DNA from: Bacteroidota bacterium
GTDB lineage: Bacteria; Bacteroidota; Ignavibacteria; UBA10030
Assembly: GCA_041695045.1 (NCBI GenBank)
Contig: JBGFRR010000063.1
Coordinates: 5,754-69,753, forward strand
Direction of reading: 5' to 3'
DNA length: 64,000 bases
Below the pieces are notes generated by a model that made no database searches, was not told the DNA's origin, and saw only the letters and a program-made list of their open reading frames with translations. The position numbers were made by a program, and so were the translations under genes. The stretch's first letter is position 1. Each line of letters starts with the position of its first letter. Shown here piece after piece: positions 10,811-20,939 of the stretch.

Positions 10811-11041
10811 CTACCGTACCTGCTCAATCCTTTTCACATCGTCGTACGCAAGCATGAGCGCACGCTCGATCCCTGCCCGGAGCGTCATCAGCGACATCGG
10901 GCACTGCTGGCAGGAGCCCATTAAGCGAACCTCGACGATGCCATCGTCGGTAATCCTCACAAGCTCAACATCCCCGCCATCTTCCTGCAAGTAAGGACGG
11001 ATCCGCTTCAGGCTCTCTTCAATCTGTTCGGCACTCGGCAT
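10811..11041 (-). CDS. NifU-like Fe-S cluster assembly domain protein
   Basis: 76 aa; the GSCQQCPMS...TLRAGIERAL pattern is typical of the NifU C-terminal domain. Downstream of mrp. Confidence 0.75.
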   Translation of the reverse strand: MPSAEQIEESLKRIRPYLQEDGGDVELVRITDDGIVEVRLMGSCQQCPMSLMTLRAGIERALMLAYDDVKRIEQVR

Positions 11042-11050
11042 GGGACGTCG

Positions 11051-12148
11051 TTACGACTGTGCGCCGATAAGGATTTCCACCTTCGGCATCGGCGGTGCGT
11101 CGATGTTGCGGATGCTGATTTGCGCGGCAAGGTTTCGCGCGATGGCCCGAATCACGTTCGCTTGCTCCGATTCAGGCGCCCCAGCAACAACGGGCGTACC
11201 CCGATCTCCACCGATACGGATGGCCGTAGTAATCGGAATCTCGCCCAAGAATGGTACGCCTAACTCCTCCGCCGTCTTCTGCCCACCGCCGCTGTCAAAA
11301 ATATCCTCACGCTGCCCGCAGTGCGTACAAACGTAGTAACTCATATTCTCCACAATTCCCATCACCGGCACGTTGACCTTCGTGAACATCACAAGGCCCT
11401 TCCGAGCGTCGGCCAAAGCAACATCCTGAGGTGTCGTGACGATCACAGCGCCCGTCAGCGGAATCGTCTGCACGAGCGTCAACTGGATGTCTCCTGTTCC
11501 CGGCGGAAGGTCGAAGATCAAGTAATCCAACTCTCCCCACTCGACATCCCCCATGAATTGCTTCACCGCGCCGCTCGCCATCGGCCCGCGCCAGATCACT
11601 GCCTGCATCGGGTCAACGAGGAAACCGATCGACATGATCTTGACGCCGTACTTCTCGAGCGGAATCAGACGCTGGCTGAAGACCTTGGGGCGCTCGTTGA
11701 CCCCAAACATCAGCGGTACGCTGGGCCCGTAGACATCGGCATCGACAAGCCCGACCTTCGCTCCGTCCATCGCCAACGCAACAGCAAGGTTGACGGCGAC
11801 GGTCGACTTCCCAACGCCTCCCTTACCACTGGCCACCGCAATGGTGTTCTTCACGCCGGGCAGGATGGCTTCTTTCTGCACATTGACGTGAGCGACAACG
11901 CTCGAGGTGAGCTTCACATCGACCTTGCCGACACCCTCGACGGCGCTGCGAAGAGCGCGTTCGCAATCCACGACAAACTGATCGCGCACGGGGCACGAGG
12001 GGGTTGTAAGCTGAAGCGTGAAAGAGACGTCGGCGCCACGGATCATGAGGTCTTTCACGAAACCGAGTGTGACGATATCGCGGTGGAGGTCGGGATCTTT
12101 GACGAGACGAAGAGCTTTCAGGATGTTTTCTTGTGTGAGAGGAAGCAT
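11051..12148 (-). CDS. apbC: Fe-S cluster carrier ATPase Mrp/ApbC (DUF59 N-domain + ParA-like ATPase)
   Basis: ATG at 12148 (MLPLTQENILKALRLVKDP...). Walker A ASGKGGVGKST and the CxxC carrier motif (CTHC). Confidence 0.85.
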   Translation of the reverse strand: MLPLTQENILKALRLVKDPDLHRDIVTLGFVKDLMIRGADVSFTLQLTTPSCPVRDQFVVDCERALRSAVEGVGKVDVKLTSSVVAHVNVQKEAILPGVKNTIAVASGKGGVGKSTVAVNLAVALAMDGAKVGLVDADVYGPSVPLMFGVNERPKVFSQRLIPLEKYGVKIMSIGFLVDPMQAVIWRGPMASGAVKQFMGDVEWGELDYLIFDLPPGTGDIQLTLVQTIPLTGAVIVTTPQDVALADARKGLVMFTKVNVPVMGIVENMSYYVCTHCGQREDIFDSGGGQKTAEELGVPFLGEIPITTAIRIGGDRGTPVVAGAPESEQANVIRAIARNLAAQISIRNIDAPPMPKVEILIGAQS

Positions 12149-12229
12149 CGGCACTCCAGAATAGATGAACAGGGCGCAATATATCAAAATATTGAATGAC
12201 GAACAACACAGCGACGTTCCACGACACAC

Positions 12230-15200
12230 TCATGAAGGTGTTGGCGGAAAGAGAACACAATGCGACCGCCGGAAGAACTCGCACTCAGGACAGTGAGAGG
12301 TGCGTTTCGGGAGTTCGGCACTGCCTCGCTCATCAATTCGCTCAATCTGAGCGACCATTTGCTCAAGCGTACGTTCGTACGCCCGCAACTTCTCCTGAGA
12401 GTACTGAAAGGTCACGGGATGTTCGGGATGTCGGAGGAACACGAGTGTGGCGGTAACGGAATCTTGCGACGGGTACATGCGAGAAAGCAAATATGCGTAG
12501 AGGTCCATCTGAGGGCGATAGCGCTCTGCGGCTTGTGGGAGAGACTCAAACGACACATTGTCCGTTTTGTAATCGATGATGTGCCATGACCCATCCTCGT
12601 GTTGCATGAGACGATCGACGGTTCCCGTGAGGAAGTGACAGCCATAGACAGCCGTGATGGACTGCTCAACTTTTGCGCTCTTTGCAGCAAATATCTGCCG
12701 CCCGACAGTGGAACGTACAAGTGAATCAATCAGCGGGAGCACTTCAGCCCGAAGCGCCTCGGCAACCTCGTGGGAAATTCCATCCCGAACAAGAACTTCA
12801 TCGAGCGCAACGGCAACATCCTCCGTGTGTGTCCCACTAGGCGGAACGATACGCTCAAGCACGGCGTGAACAATCGTGCCGCGAAGATTCGGCTGAACCG
12901 CACCTTCTTCCTCCCTTTCATCGGCGGCGATTTCTCCTAAGACCTGCGGCGGTGGAGCTTGGTCAGCAAGGAGACTATGAGCGCCTAACCGATAGGTGAG
13001 ATAGAACTTCGTAGGGCATTGTGAAAGGGTCAGAAGCTGTGAGGCCGAGATGACTTCGCCGTGCGACTTCGCGGAGAGAAGCTCAATCGCTACGGACACC
13101 TCGCCCCGTTGAAGCATCTCTTCTTTCGTACGAACCTCAAGTTTCTGCGGCAAAGTGATCTGGACAACGGGGATCCGCAAACGGTGAGCACATTCCGTTG
13201 CCTCCCCCTGCCCTGTACGAATCGCCGTTGTAACGTCCAACTCGACGGCTTTATGCACCGGCACCCCATCGACACCTAACGCATCAAAGATCCAGCGAAG
13301 GTAGGATGATTGCTTTTTGAGCATGTGAGGATTACCGGAAAGGATCAGCCGATCTCGCGCGCGCGTGCAGGCGACATACAGAATACGCTTCTCTTCCGCC
13401 TCTTTTTTCTGACGCTGCAGGTTACGGAGAAAGACCGCGATCGGAGCGCTGACGCTTTCCGAAGTGGACTCTTCGTCTTTCGTTGAGATGCCAAGCCCAT
13501 ACCGTCGGTCGAGGTACGGTTCGTTGTCGTGGCGGAACGGTTCGTGCAGGAACGGGAGGATCACCACGGGAAACTCCAATCCCTTCGCGCCATGGATCGT
13601 CATGATGTGAATGGCGTTGTCGTGATCTTCGCTTGGGGCCTGCGCTTCATCATGGTCGTTCACAAGCGCTCTGAGACGTTCCACAAAATCATACAGACCC
13701 ACAAGTCCCCGCTGTTCATACTCTCGTGCAAACCGCAGCAGCTTCTCGATGTTTGCACACTGTTGGCTTCCCCGCTCCATCGATACGCTCGCCCCGAACC
13801 ATGCGGTATCGCTTACAATCTTCTTCAAGAGTGCAAAGGGTGTCATGGAACCCGCACGCGCGAGGTGGTCCGAGAGCAGTCGAGCAGCGCGGAGAATACG
13901 TTTGCCTGCGCGTTCAGCGCGAGCATAGCACTCAAGTCGCTCGAAGAAAGTCGACGGCAAGAGACCGCCCCGTCCCGCAGGACTTACGAGCGAGATTTCA
14001 AACAACTCCGCATCGGACACTGCGAAGAATGGCGACCGCAGAATGCCCATGAGTGCGACATCATCGCGTGGGTTGAGGAGAAACTGGAGGTAATTCAGAA
14101 CGTCGTAGACTTCCTGCGTCTGGTAGAACCCAATTCCTCCGGAAACACGATACGGCAATCCATGCAGCACCAATGCACGCTCTAACGCGGCAAGGTTATT
14201 CCGGTTGCGAAGGATGACCGCAATGTCGCTGTATCGCATTGGCCGGGGCTGTTCGTCCGCCTCAGGCGGATCGAAGACGGCGGCCTGAGCATTGAGCAAG
14301 TCAACAATCCTGTCCGCAATGTGCTCACACTCTCCGCCTCCGGCGGACACATCCGCCTCTTCGTCACGCTCTGGAGTGAGCAAGAGCTCGACATCGCCGG
14401 GGGTGGAGTTTGCCCTTGCCTGCACGAGCAGATCGTATCCGACCTCGAACGGTTCACCATCCGCCGCCATGAGATGCGAGAACAGTATGTTCGTGAACGC
14501 AACAAGGTCCCGCAGGAGCCGAAAACTTTCCGGAAGCACCACATCCCCTCGGAGTTCGCGTGCATCGGATGTCAAGTTCTCATCACTCCAACGAAACGGC
14601 ATTTCTTTGAGCGACGAACGGAGAATGTCTGCTTTCGTCTCACCGAAGACTTCCACGTCCGCGTCGCGGAAGCCGTAGATCGATTGCTTCGGATCCCCCA
14701 CGATGAAGAGATTGCCCGCGGTGTAGTTCAGGATGAGCTTCCGGAGGATGGAATACTGCAGCCGGTTCGTATCCTGGTATTCGTCCACCATGAGATAGCG
14801 GTACCGCTGCGCAAGGGATGTACGGACATCTTCAAGATCGAGCAGACGGTCGGCAGAAAGAAGGAGGTCGTCGAAATCGAGCACACCTTGCTCCGATTTC
14901 TTGTCGGCAAAGCGCTGACTCACACGGTCGTACATGGCAAACATGATTCGCGTCAACTCGATGAGGTTGCGATGAAGCGCATCCACTTCCTCTTCTGCAA
15001 AGTGCTCAAAGTTCTCTGCAACGCTGTACAGATCGCGAAGGACGGCTGTATCCCTCAGAATATTCGAAGCGGTCGGGATTTCCGTGAAGGCAGCCTTTCT
15101 GAATTCCCCCTTCTTCGTAAGAAAAGCGAGACAGAGCTTGTTCAACCATTGCGCTGTCTCGGTCCACTTCATGCGTGGGGAATAGGTGTTCACATGATGT

Positions 15201-15934
15201 CCAACAGCCTCCGCCGTTTCCACCTCCACGACACCCGACAACGTCCGGACTGCACGACGCACATTTTCGTTCCTTGCGAGCCCATGGAAGGAGCTTTCCA
15301 ACCACGTTGACCATGCGGCGAGTACCTCATCGTCTGACTTCGAGTAGAGCCCTGCACTTGACCGGAGGTGTTCAACCGGCTCCCGTTTCTCCAGCATGGC
15401 TTCAAGCGTGCGCAAGACCTTCGACTTCCCAAACGCGCGGAGCAGCGAGAGGGCATCGTCCCGCCTTCGGCGGGATGCATCGCCGCTACGAAACGCATCT
15501 TGAAATGTCTCTGCGATGGCTTCGCGCATCATCGCTCGCTGGTCCACCTGTTCCATTACCGTGAACGCCGCATCAACGCCGGCTTCGATGGGATGGTCTC
15601 TCAGGATGCGCGCACAGAACGAATGAATCGTACCGATAGGAGCCGAGGAGAGCCGTTCACGCGCCCGGGTGAGCTTCAGCCGCACCGATTGTTTTGTCGT
15701 CGTCGAGATCGACCGGTCAATTGCCTGGGCAATTTTGCGACAGAGCTCACTCGCCGTCTTGTCGGTAAAGGTAATAGCCACGACGTCGCTCACCTCGGCA
15801 TCTGTCTGCAGAAGGATGTTAACGTAGCGATGCACCAGCACGGTCGTCTTTCCCGAGCCGGCGTTGGCGGTGACGGAAAGATGACGCTGAATGTCGTGGG
15901 CTTTTTTCTGGCTGGTGGTGAATGCGCGGGACAT
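12230..15934 (-). CDS. addA: AddA-like ATP-dependent helicase/nuclease (UvrD-family helicase + C-terminal PD-(D/E)xK nuclease with Cys cluster)
   Basis: 1234 aa; N-terminal Walker A ANAGSGKTT (UvrD/PcrA type). C-terminal nuclease motif IIDYKT. Cys pattern YGCHF...CPECx7C resembles an Fe-S staple. Confidence 0.8.
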   Translation of the reverse strand: MSRAFTTSQKKAHDIQRHLSVTANAGSGKTTVLVHRYVNILLQTDAEVSDVVAITFTDKTASELCRKIAQAIDRSISTTTKQSVRLKLTRARERLSSAPIGTIHSFCARILRDHPIEAGVDAAFTVMEQVDQRAMMREAIAETFQDAFRSGDASRRRRDDALSLLRAFGKSKVLRTLEAMLEKREPVEHLRSSAGLYSKSDDEVLAAWSTWLESSFHGLARNENVRRAVRTLSGVVEVETAEAVGHHVNTYSPRMKWTETAQWLNKLCLAFLTKKGEFRKAAFTEIPTASNILRDTAVLRDLYSVAENFEHFAEEEVDALHRNLIELTRIMFAMYDRVSQRFADKKSEQGVLDFDDLLLSADRLLDLEDVRTSLAQRYRYLMVDEYQDTNRLQYSILRKLILNYTAGNLFIVGDPKQSIYGFRDADVEVFGETKADILRSSLKEMPFRWSDENLTSDARELRGDVVLPESFRLLRDLVAFTNILFSHLMAADGEPFEVGYDLLVQARANSTPGDVELLLTPERDEEADVSAGGGECEHIADRIVDLLNAQAAVFDPPEADEQPRPMRYSDIAVILRNRNNLAALERALVLHGLPYRVSGGIGFYQTQEVYDVLNYLQFLLNPRDDVALMGILRSPFFAVSDAELFEISLVSPAGRGGLLPSTFFERLECYARAERAGKRILRAARLLSDHLARAGSMTPFALLKKIVSDTAWFGASVSMERGSQQCANIEKLLRFAREYEQRGLVGLYDFVERLRALVNDHDEAQAPSEDHDNAIHIMTIHGAKGLEFPVVILPFLHEPFRHDNEPYLDRRYGLGISTKDEESTSESVSAPIAVFLRNLQRQKKEAEEKRILYVACTRARDRLILSGNPHMLKKQSSYLRWIFDALGVDGVPVHKAVELDVTTAIRTGQGEATECAHRLRIPVVQITLPQKLEVRTKEEMLQRGEVSVAIELLSAKSHGEVISASQLLTLSQCPTKFYLTYRLGAHSLLADQAPPPQVLGEIAADEREEEGAVQPNLRGTIVHAVLERIVPPSGTHTEDVAVALDEVLVRDGISHEVAEALRAEVLPLIDSLVRSTVGRQIFAAKSAKVEQSITAVYGCHFLTGTVDRLMQHEDGSWHIIDYKTDNVSFESLPQAAERYRPQMDLYAYLLSRMYPSQDSVTATLVFLRHPEHPVTFQYSQEKLRAYERTLEQMVAQIERIDERGSAELPKRTSHCPECEFFRRSHCVLFPPTPS

Positions 15935-15949
15935 GAATCGTCGGTGGAG

Positions 15950-17377
15950 CTACCCCTTGATGACGCCGATAGGAACCATCTTGGCTACTTTCCGGGCAAT
16001 GCCGGCATGGTGGACGGTATCGACAACGAGGCTGACATCTTTGTACGCTTCCGGTCTCTCTTCAGTAAGTCCGCTCTTACTGGCTCCTTTCACATAAACG
16101 CCTTTCTCCCGCAACTGCGCAAGGAGCTGTTCGGCGGTAATGTTTTTTTTTGCCGCGTGCCGACTCATCGCCCGGCCGGCACCATGACACGAGGAACCGA
16201 ACGTCTCCTCCATCGCCTGCTCGGTTCCCACAAGCACGTAGGAATACGTCCCCATGCTTCCCGGAATCAAGACCGGTTGCCCAACATGCCGATAGTCTTT
16301 TGGAACTTCCGGCCTGTCCTTTGGAAACGCCCGCGTGGCTCCTTTCCGATGCACCAACACTTCCCGCTCATGCTTCCCCACCCGATGTGTCTCACATTTG
16401 GCAATGTTGTGGCAGACATCATACACGATCGCAAGCTCTCCTTTTTTTAACACTCGCTCAAACGCCTGGCGCGTCCAGTGCGTCATCATCTGTCGATTCG
16501 CGAAGGCGAAGTTTGCCGCTGCTGCCATAGCGCGCAAATACGCCTGTCCTTCCGACGACTGAATCGGCACGCAGGCAAGTTGCCGGTCGACAAGCTCGAT
16601 GTCGTACTTCTTCGCGGCCGACTGCATGACCTCGAGGTAGTCGGTGCAGACTTGATGGCCAAGCCCACGCGAGCCGCTATGAATCATCACGACCACCTGC
16701 TGCGGCCATAGACCAAACGCCTGCGCCGCTTCTTCATCGAAAATCTCCGCAATGTATTGAACTTCGGCAAAATGGTTGCCCGAGCCGAGTGTGCCGAGCT
16801 GATCCCGCCCGCGCTGCTTCGCACGGCTGCTGGCTGCGTCCGGATCAGCACCCGGAATTTTTCCAGTTTCCTCGATACGCTCCAAATCCTCCGGTCGGCC
16901 ATAGCCGTTCTCAACCGCCCAATGCGCGCCGTTGGCAAGCACTCGGTCAAGCTCACGCTCATTCAGCATCCCGACGATGCCGCTTCTCCCCGTCCCGCAC
17001 GGAATATCGCGGAACATCTGATTGACAAGGGCGTCGAGATATGGCTTTACCCCTTCCAGCGAAACCTGCGACGCTAACAACCGCACGCCGCAATTGATGT
17101 CGAAACCGACTCCACCGGCGGAAACAACTCCCTGTTGAATATCCGCCGCCGCCACGCCGCCGATCGCAAACCCGTAGCCCTGATGTGCATCCGGCATCGC
17201 AAGCGAGCGGCCGACAAGCCCCGGCAGGGTTGCGACGTTTGCGACCTGCATCAGAGTCTGGTCTTTCTCAATTTGTTTGATCAGCTCGCGGTTCGCGTAG
17301 ATCAATCCTTCAACTTTCATCCCCTTGCGAAATTCTTTGGGGATGAGATAACGGTATTCGTCGAGTTGTTGTAGCAT
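15950..17377 (-). CDS. rtcB: RNA-splicing ligase RtcB
   Basis: 475 aa; the conserved RtcB metal-binding His/Cys/Asp scaffold and the region AMPDAHQGYGFAIGGVAA. Confidence 0.9.
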   Translation of the reverse strand: MLQQLDEYRYLIPKEFRKGMKVEGLIYANRELIKQIEKDQTLMQVANVATLPGLVGRSLAMPDAHQGYGFAIGGVAAADIQQGVVSAGGVGFDINCGVRLLASQVSLEGVKPYLDALVNQMFRDIPCGTGRSGIVGMLNERELDRVLANGAHWAVENGYGRPEDLERIEETGKIPGADPDAASSRAKQRGRDQLGTLGSGNHFAEVQYIAEIFDEEAAQAFGLWPQQVVVMIHSGSRGLGHQVCTDYLEVMQSAAKKYDIELVDRQLACVPIQSSEGQAYLRAMAAAANFAFANRQMMTHWTRQAFERVLKKGELAIVYDVCHNIAKCETHRVGKHEREVLVHRKGATRAFPKDRPEVPKDYRHVGQPVLIPGSMGTYSYVLVGTEQAMEETFGSSCHGAGRAMSRHAAKKNITAEQLLAQLREKGVYVKGASKSGLTEERPEAYKDVSLVVDTVHHAGIARKVAKMVPIGVIKG

Positions 17378-17709
17378 CGTGTTTCATGAAGGCGATGTGA
17401 CGCCACATCGCCTGTGAAGTTTCATTGATATCGGTTTGTAATTACTCAGCGTTAGAATCAAAACCACCTAACATCCACCACACCTGCCTGTCCCGCTGTA
17501 CGGTTCCGCTCTTTTGGAATCCCGCTTGCCCCGTTAACGGGGCTTGCAGCGGAATCCTGAGAAGCGGGAGATCCCGAAACACGGGACCGCAGGCAGGGAT
17601 TCATCCCGAACTTTGTTCGGGAGAGAAGAATGATAGGGAAAGATAGGACATTGGTTGCGAGGGAGTTTAACTCCCGAGCCTACTGGAATATTCCCAACCC
17701 GCATGCGCT

Positions 17710-17746
17710 CAGGAGTGTAACTCCTTCGCAACTCCTGGTTTTTTCT
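17710..17746 (+). terminator. Intrinsic terminator inside the rtcB-archease intergenic region (plus strand)
   Basis: CAGGAGT (17710-17716) / ACTCCTG (17731-17737) stem followed by GTTTTTTC. There is no annotated plus-strand gene upstream, which implies an unannotated transcript. Confidence 0.45.
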
Positions 17747-17798
17747 TTCCTCTTATCACATTTTGTGTCCCCGACAAGTCGGGGCTAATCTGTGAATC

Positions 17799-17820
17799 CC
17801 TGCCTGCGGCAGGCAGGTGT
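17799..17820. repeat. Palindromic repeat CCTGCCTGC-N-GCAGGCAGGTGT (copy A)
   Basis: Near-identical 22-nt palindrome also at 28119-28140. Half-sites at 17481-17490 and 17589-17598. Confidence 0.6.
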
Positions 17821-17952
17821 GGTTAATTTTTCGCTGAACAGATTTTTATCGAACCTGCGGTTTGATCTATCTTTTGAATGAACCGATTCGCATTGGTACC
17901 TCTTCCAACCGCTTGACTCACCCAGACAGGTTCATTGGCAGTTACATCGGTT

Positions 17953-18372
17953 TCAAATATCCACAAACACCCGCACCGTGCATCCGTCCTCGCGGCGTTC
18001 GATGGCGAGTTGATGGTAGGTGATCGCCTTGATGTCCAGACGCGTTTCATGCTTCGTGGGGTCGAATGTTTCCCCGAACACAAACGCCTCGAGTTGCGTG
18101 GGCGTGATGCGTTCGACGGTGACCTCAGACGTCAGGAAGTCTTCCGCATCGAACAGAAACAGGATCTCCGAGAGCCACTTGACGAGAAGGTTCTCTTCGT
18201 CCTTCCCCGTCAGTTTGATGTATCGCTCTTCGGTCGGCTCGCTCGTTTCGTCGCCGGCAATCAACCAGATGAGGCCGTGGGCGGCATTCTCAAACGCCTC
18301 GCGAAGCGTTTGGCCTGTTGCCTCGATGCCCACGTCGGCTGGATGTTCGAGGATGCGAAACCCTGTCTTCAT
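17953..18372 (-). CDS. Archease (RtcB activator)
   Basis: 139 aa from the ATG at 18372 (MKTGFRILEHPADVGIEATG...), the archease signature. The ORF-track GTG at 18378 overlaps the purC stop. Sits upstream of rtcB on the same strand. Confidence 0.85.
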   Translation of the reverse strand: MKTGFRILEHPADVGIEATGQTLREAFENAAHGLIWLIAGDETSEPTEERYIKLTGKDEENLLVKWLSEILFLFDAEDFLTSEVTVERITPTQLEAFVFGETFDPTKHETRLDIKAITYHQLAIERREDGCTVRVFVDI

Positions 18373-18377
18373 AACCA

Positions 18378-19289
18378 CTACGGCAATGTTTTACCCGTCA
18401 ACTCCCGCAGCGCTTTCAGGTACAACCCTGAGGTTTTGAACACAATTTCTTCCGGCAGTTTCGGCGCCGGCGGCTTCTTGTTGAAGTTGACGGAAAGAAG
18501 ATAATCACGCACAAATTGTTTGTCATAACTTGCTTGAGGCCGCCCGGGTTCATACTGCTCCGCTGGCCAGAAGCGCGAGGAATCCGGCGTGAGCAGCTCA
18601 TCAATAAGGACGACCTGTCCGTTTGGATCCATCCCGAATTCCATCTTCGTATCCGCGATGATGATTCCTCTCTGGATCGCCATCTCCGCGGCGCAGGTGT
18701 AAATGCGCAGCGAAAGGTCGCGAAGCGTTTCTGCCGTTTCGTTGCCTACGATTTTGACCATTCGGTCAAACGAAATATTCTCGTCGTGCCTTCCCTTTTC
18801 TTCCTTCGTTGCTGGCGTGAAGATGGGCTCGGGCAGTTTCGCCGATTCGACAAGCCCATCCGGCAAGCGGATGCCACACACACTGCCGGTCTGCTGATAC
18901 TCGACCCATCCCGAACCCGAGAGATAACCGCGCACAACACATTCAATCGGCAATGGTTGTGTTGTTTTCACGAACATCGTGCGGTCTTCCAACTCCGGCC
19001 AGTATGGCTTGGTGATTGTCGGAAAGTCATAGACAATCGTGGAGATAAGGTGGTTGGGTACAACGTCGGCCAACTGCTCAAACCAGAATTCAGAAATTTT
19101 CGTCAGCACTTTTCCTTTGAATGGAATCCCTTCCTGCATCACGACGTCGAACGCCGAGATGCGGTCGGTTGCAACAAGCAGGAGCGTCTCGCCAAGGTCG
19201 TAAATGTCGCGCACCTTTCCGCGTGCGGCAAGGCGGAGTGTCGGAAAATTCGTTTCGGTGATAACGGGAATATGAAACGTGCGGTTCAT
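18378..19289 (-). CDS. purC: Phosphoribosylaminoimidazole-succinocarboxamide synthase (SAICAR synthetase)
   Basis: 303 aa; RGKVRDIYD...[16 protein letters not shown] is the SAICAR synthetase signature. Confidence 0.9.
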   Translation of the reverse strand: MNRTFHIPVITETNFPTLRLAARGKVRDIYDLGETLLLVATDRISAFDVVMQEGIPFKGKVLTKISEFWFEQLADVVPNHLISTIVYDFPTITKPYWPELEDRTMFVKTTQPLPIECVVRGYLSGSGWVEYQQTGSVCGIRLPDGLVESAKLPEPIFTPATKEEKGRHDENISFDRMVKIVGNETAETLRDLSLRIYTCAAEMAIQRGIIIADTKMEFGMDPNGQVVLIDELLTPDSSRFWPAEQYEPGRPQASYDKQFVRDYLLSVNFNKKPPAPKLPEEIVFKTSGLYLKALRELTGKTLP

Positions 19290-19304
19290 GATTGAAGCGA
19301 CGGC

Positions 19305-19904
19305 CTATGTGAAGGACACATCGAGGGTGAGTGCATACTGTAAGCGTTCCAGGTATTCCTCTTTGGGAATCTCCCGCGCTCCGAACCGGGCCAGGTGTGG
19401 AGTCATCCATTGCGTATCAAGCAGGGTAAAGCCGCGTTCGACCAACCTGCGCACGAGGAACGCGAGCGCTACGCTCGAAGCATTCCGCTCGGCGCTGAAC
19501 ATCGACTCTCCGAAGAACGCACTACGCAGCGCTACGCCGTACAGTCCGCCGACGAGTTTTCCTGCGCGCCATGTTTCGACGCTGTGCGCAAACCCACGCC
19601 GATGCAGCTCACAATACGATTGAACGATCTGCTCAGAGATCCACGTTTCATCCCGATCCGCACACGAACGGATCACGTCTTCAAAGCGTCGATTGAGATA
19701 CACCTCAACGATATTCTTCTTGATCGTCTGTCGCAGGCTGCGGGGAATGTGGAAGCGTTCGAGATCGATGATTGCGCGCGGGTCTGGCGAATACCAACCG
19801 ACCTCCCCACTCCGTGAATCCGCCATCGGGAAAAACCCCTTGACGTAGGCCACCAGCAGAAACTCCGGATCAATGATGCTTTGTGTCTGGCTGCGTTGTA
19901 CCAT
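19305..19904 (-). CDS. aat: Leucyl/phenylalanyl-tRNA--protein transferase
   Basis: 199 aa; GFFPMADS...GWYSPDPRAI...SVETW..G.LVGGLYG motifs typical of L/F-transferase. Confidence 0.85.
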   Translation of the reverse strand: MVQRSQTQSIIDPEFLLVAYVKGFFPMADSRSGEVGWYSPDPRAIIDLERFHIPRSLRQTIKKNIVEVYLNRRFEDVIRSCADRDETWISEQIVQSYCELHRRGFAHSVETWRAGKLVGGLYGVALRSAFFGESMFSAERNASSVALAFLVRRLVERGFTLLDTQWMTPHLARFGAREIPKEEYLERLQYALTLDVSFT

Positions 19905-19916
19905 AGATCTATTTGC

Positions 19917-20939
19917 CTACTCCACCTTCACCACAACCTTGCCGATGCTTTGCCGTGACTGAAGGAATTCGTGTGCATCGGCAATCTCTTCAAACGGGAA
20001 TACCCGCCCAATCACCGGCTTGATCGTTTTCTCTTCGTACCACTCGAGCAATTGCTTCGCCACCCCACGAAGGTACTCAACCTTGTGCGTCAAAAAATAC
20101 AGATTAAAGCCAAACAGTCCAACGTTTTTCGAGACCATGCTGGAAGGGGCAAGAAGACGCATGGCTGCAACTTCGCGCAGCGCCTTGAACTTGTTGATGG
20201 CTCGTCGCCCCGTAACGGCAGCGAGGCCATACAGCACGTAACGCCCCATCGGAGCGAGAAGGCGGAAGCCTTTCCGGAACACGCTGCCGCCGACCGAATC
20301 CATCACCACATCCACACCATAGCCGTTCGTCAGCCGAAGAACGATCTGCGAGAAATCCTGCTCGGAATAATTGATGAGATGATCAGCTCCTTGCGCCAAT
20401 GCGACGTCCAACTTCGCGTTGGACCCTGCCGTAGCAAAAATCTCCGCGCCGTGCAGCTTCGCTATCTGAATTGCCGCCGTTCCCACACCGCCCGCCGATG
20501 CGTGCTGGAGCAGCCTTTCCCCGCGGCGAATGTTGGCCAGCGTAATGAGTCCATGGTACGCCGAAAGATACGTCACCCCAATCGCAGCGCCTTCTTCGAA
20601 CGTCATCCTTCTCGGCAAACGCTCAGTTTGCTCTGCTCTGACACAGATCGTCTCCGCGTACGCGCCCTGCCTCGTGAACGCCATGACACGGTCGCCGGGT
20701 TTGCGCGTCTTCACATTCTTCCCCACACACTCAATCACCCCGCTGACCTCCAGGCCGGGAATGAACGGCGGCCTGGAAATATCCGGGTAGTAGCCCATGC
20801 GTGCAATCAAGTCGGCAAAGTTCAACCCGATTGCCTTCACGCGCACAAGCACGTCATCCTCTCCCGGCTGCGGAACCGCTCGCTCTTGCAGCTGTATGAC
20901 TTCCGGGGGGCCATACCGTGTAACGATGGCTGCGCGCAT
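19917..20939 (-). CDS. Zinc-independent quinone oxidoreductase / MDR-family NADPH:quinone reductase
   Basis: 340 aa; MRAAIVTRYGPPEVIQLQE...GLNFADLIARMGYY and GGVGTAAIQIAKLHGAEI are Qor/VAT-1-like MDR features. Confidence 0.75.
   Translation of the reverse strand: MRAAIVTRYGPPEVIQLQERAVPQPGEDDVLVRVKAIGLNFADLIARMGYYPDISRPPFIPGLEVSGVIECVGKNVKTRKPGDRVMAFTRQGAYAETICVRAEQTERLPRRMTFEEGAAIGVTYLSAYHGLITLANIRRGERLLQHASAGGVGTAAIQIAKLHGAEIFATAGSNAKLDVALAQGADHLINYSEQDFSQIVLRLTNGYGVDVVMDSVGGSVFRKGFRLLAPMGRYVLYGLAAVTGRRAINKFKALREVAAMRLLAPSSMVSKNVGLFGFNLYFLTHKVEYLRGVAKQLLEWYEEKTIKPVIGRVFPFEEIADAHEFLQSRQSIGKVVVKVE

Larger units (their letters stand above)
17470..17830. other. Highly structured non-coding element between archease and rtcB (candidate ncRNA or MITE-like repeat element)
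   Basis: No coding potential. Contains nested inverted repeats (CCACACCTGCCTG at 17478-17490 vs CAGGCAGGTGTGG at 17811-17823; GCAGGCAGGGATTCA at 17589-17603 vs TGAATCCCTGCCTGC at 17793-17807), several strong hairpins, and a plus-strand intrinsic terminator at 17710-17746. Confidence 0.35.

Noticed and set aside
12149-12229. Extension of the Mrp ORF to 12229 (MCRGTSLCCSSFNILIYCALFIYSGVP...)
   Set aside because: Not part of the Mrp/DUF59 N-terminus. The ATG at 12148 gives the canonical MLPLTQENI start.
12184-12456. Small ORFs (60-109 aa) on both strands around the addA 3' end
   Set aside because: They overlap the AddA-like CDS or lie antisense to it. No support.
17378-17412. Sigma-54 promoter (TGGCGT...CGCC) directly upstream of rtcB, as in E. 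coli rtcBA
   Set aside because: The GG-N-GC spacing is 9 rather than 10, and the element would sit only about 7 nt from the ATG, leaving no leader. It is better explained as a hairpin (GGCGATGTG/CACATCGCC).
17935-18504. 189-aa plus-strand ORF
   Set aside because: Antisense to archease and purC.
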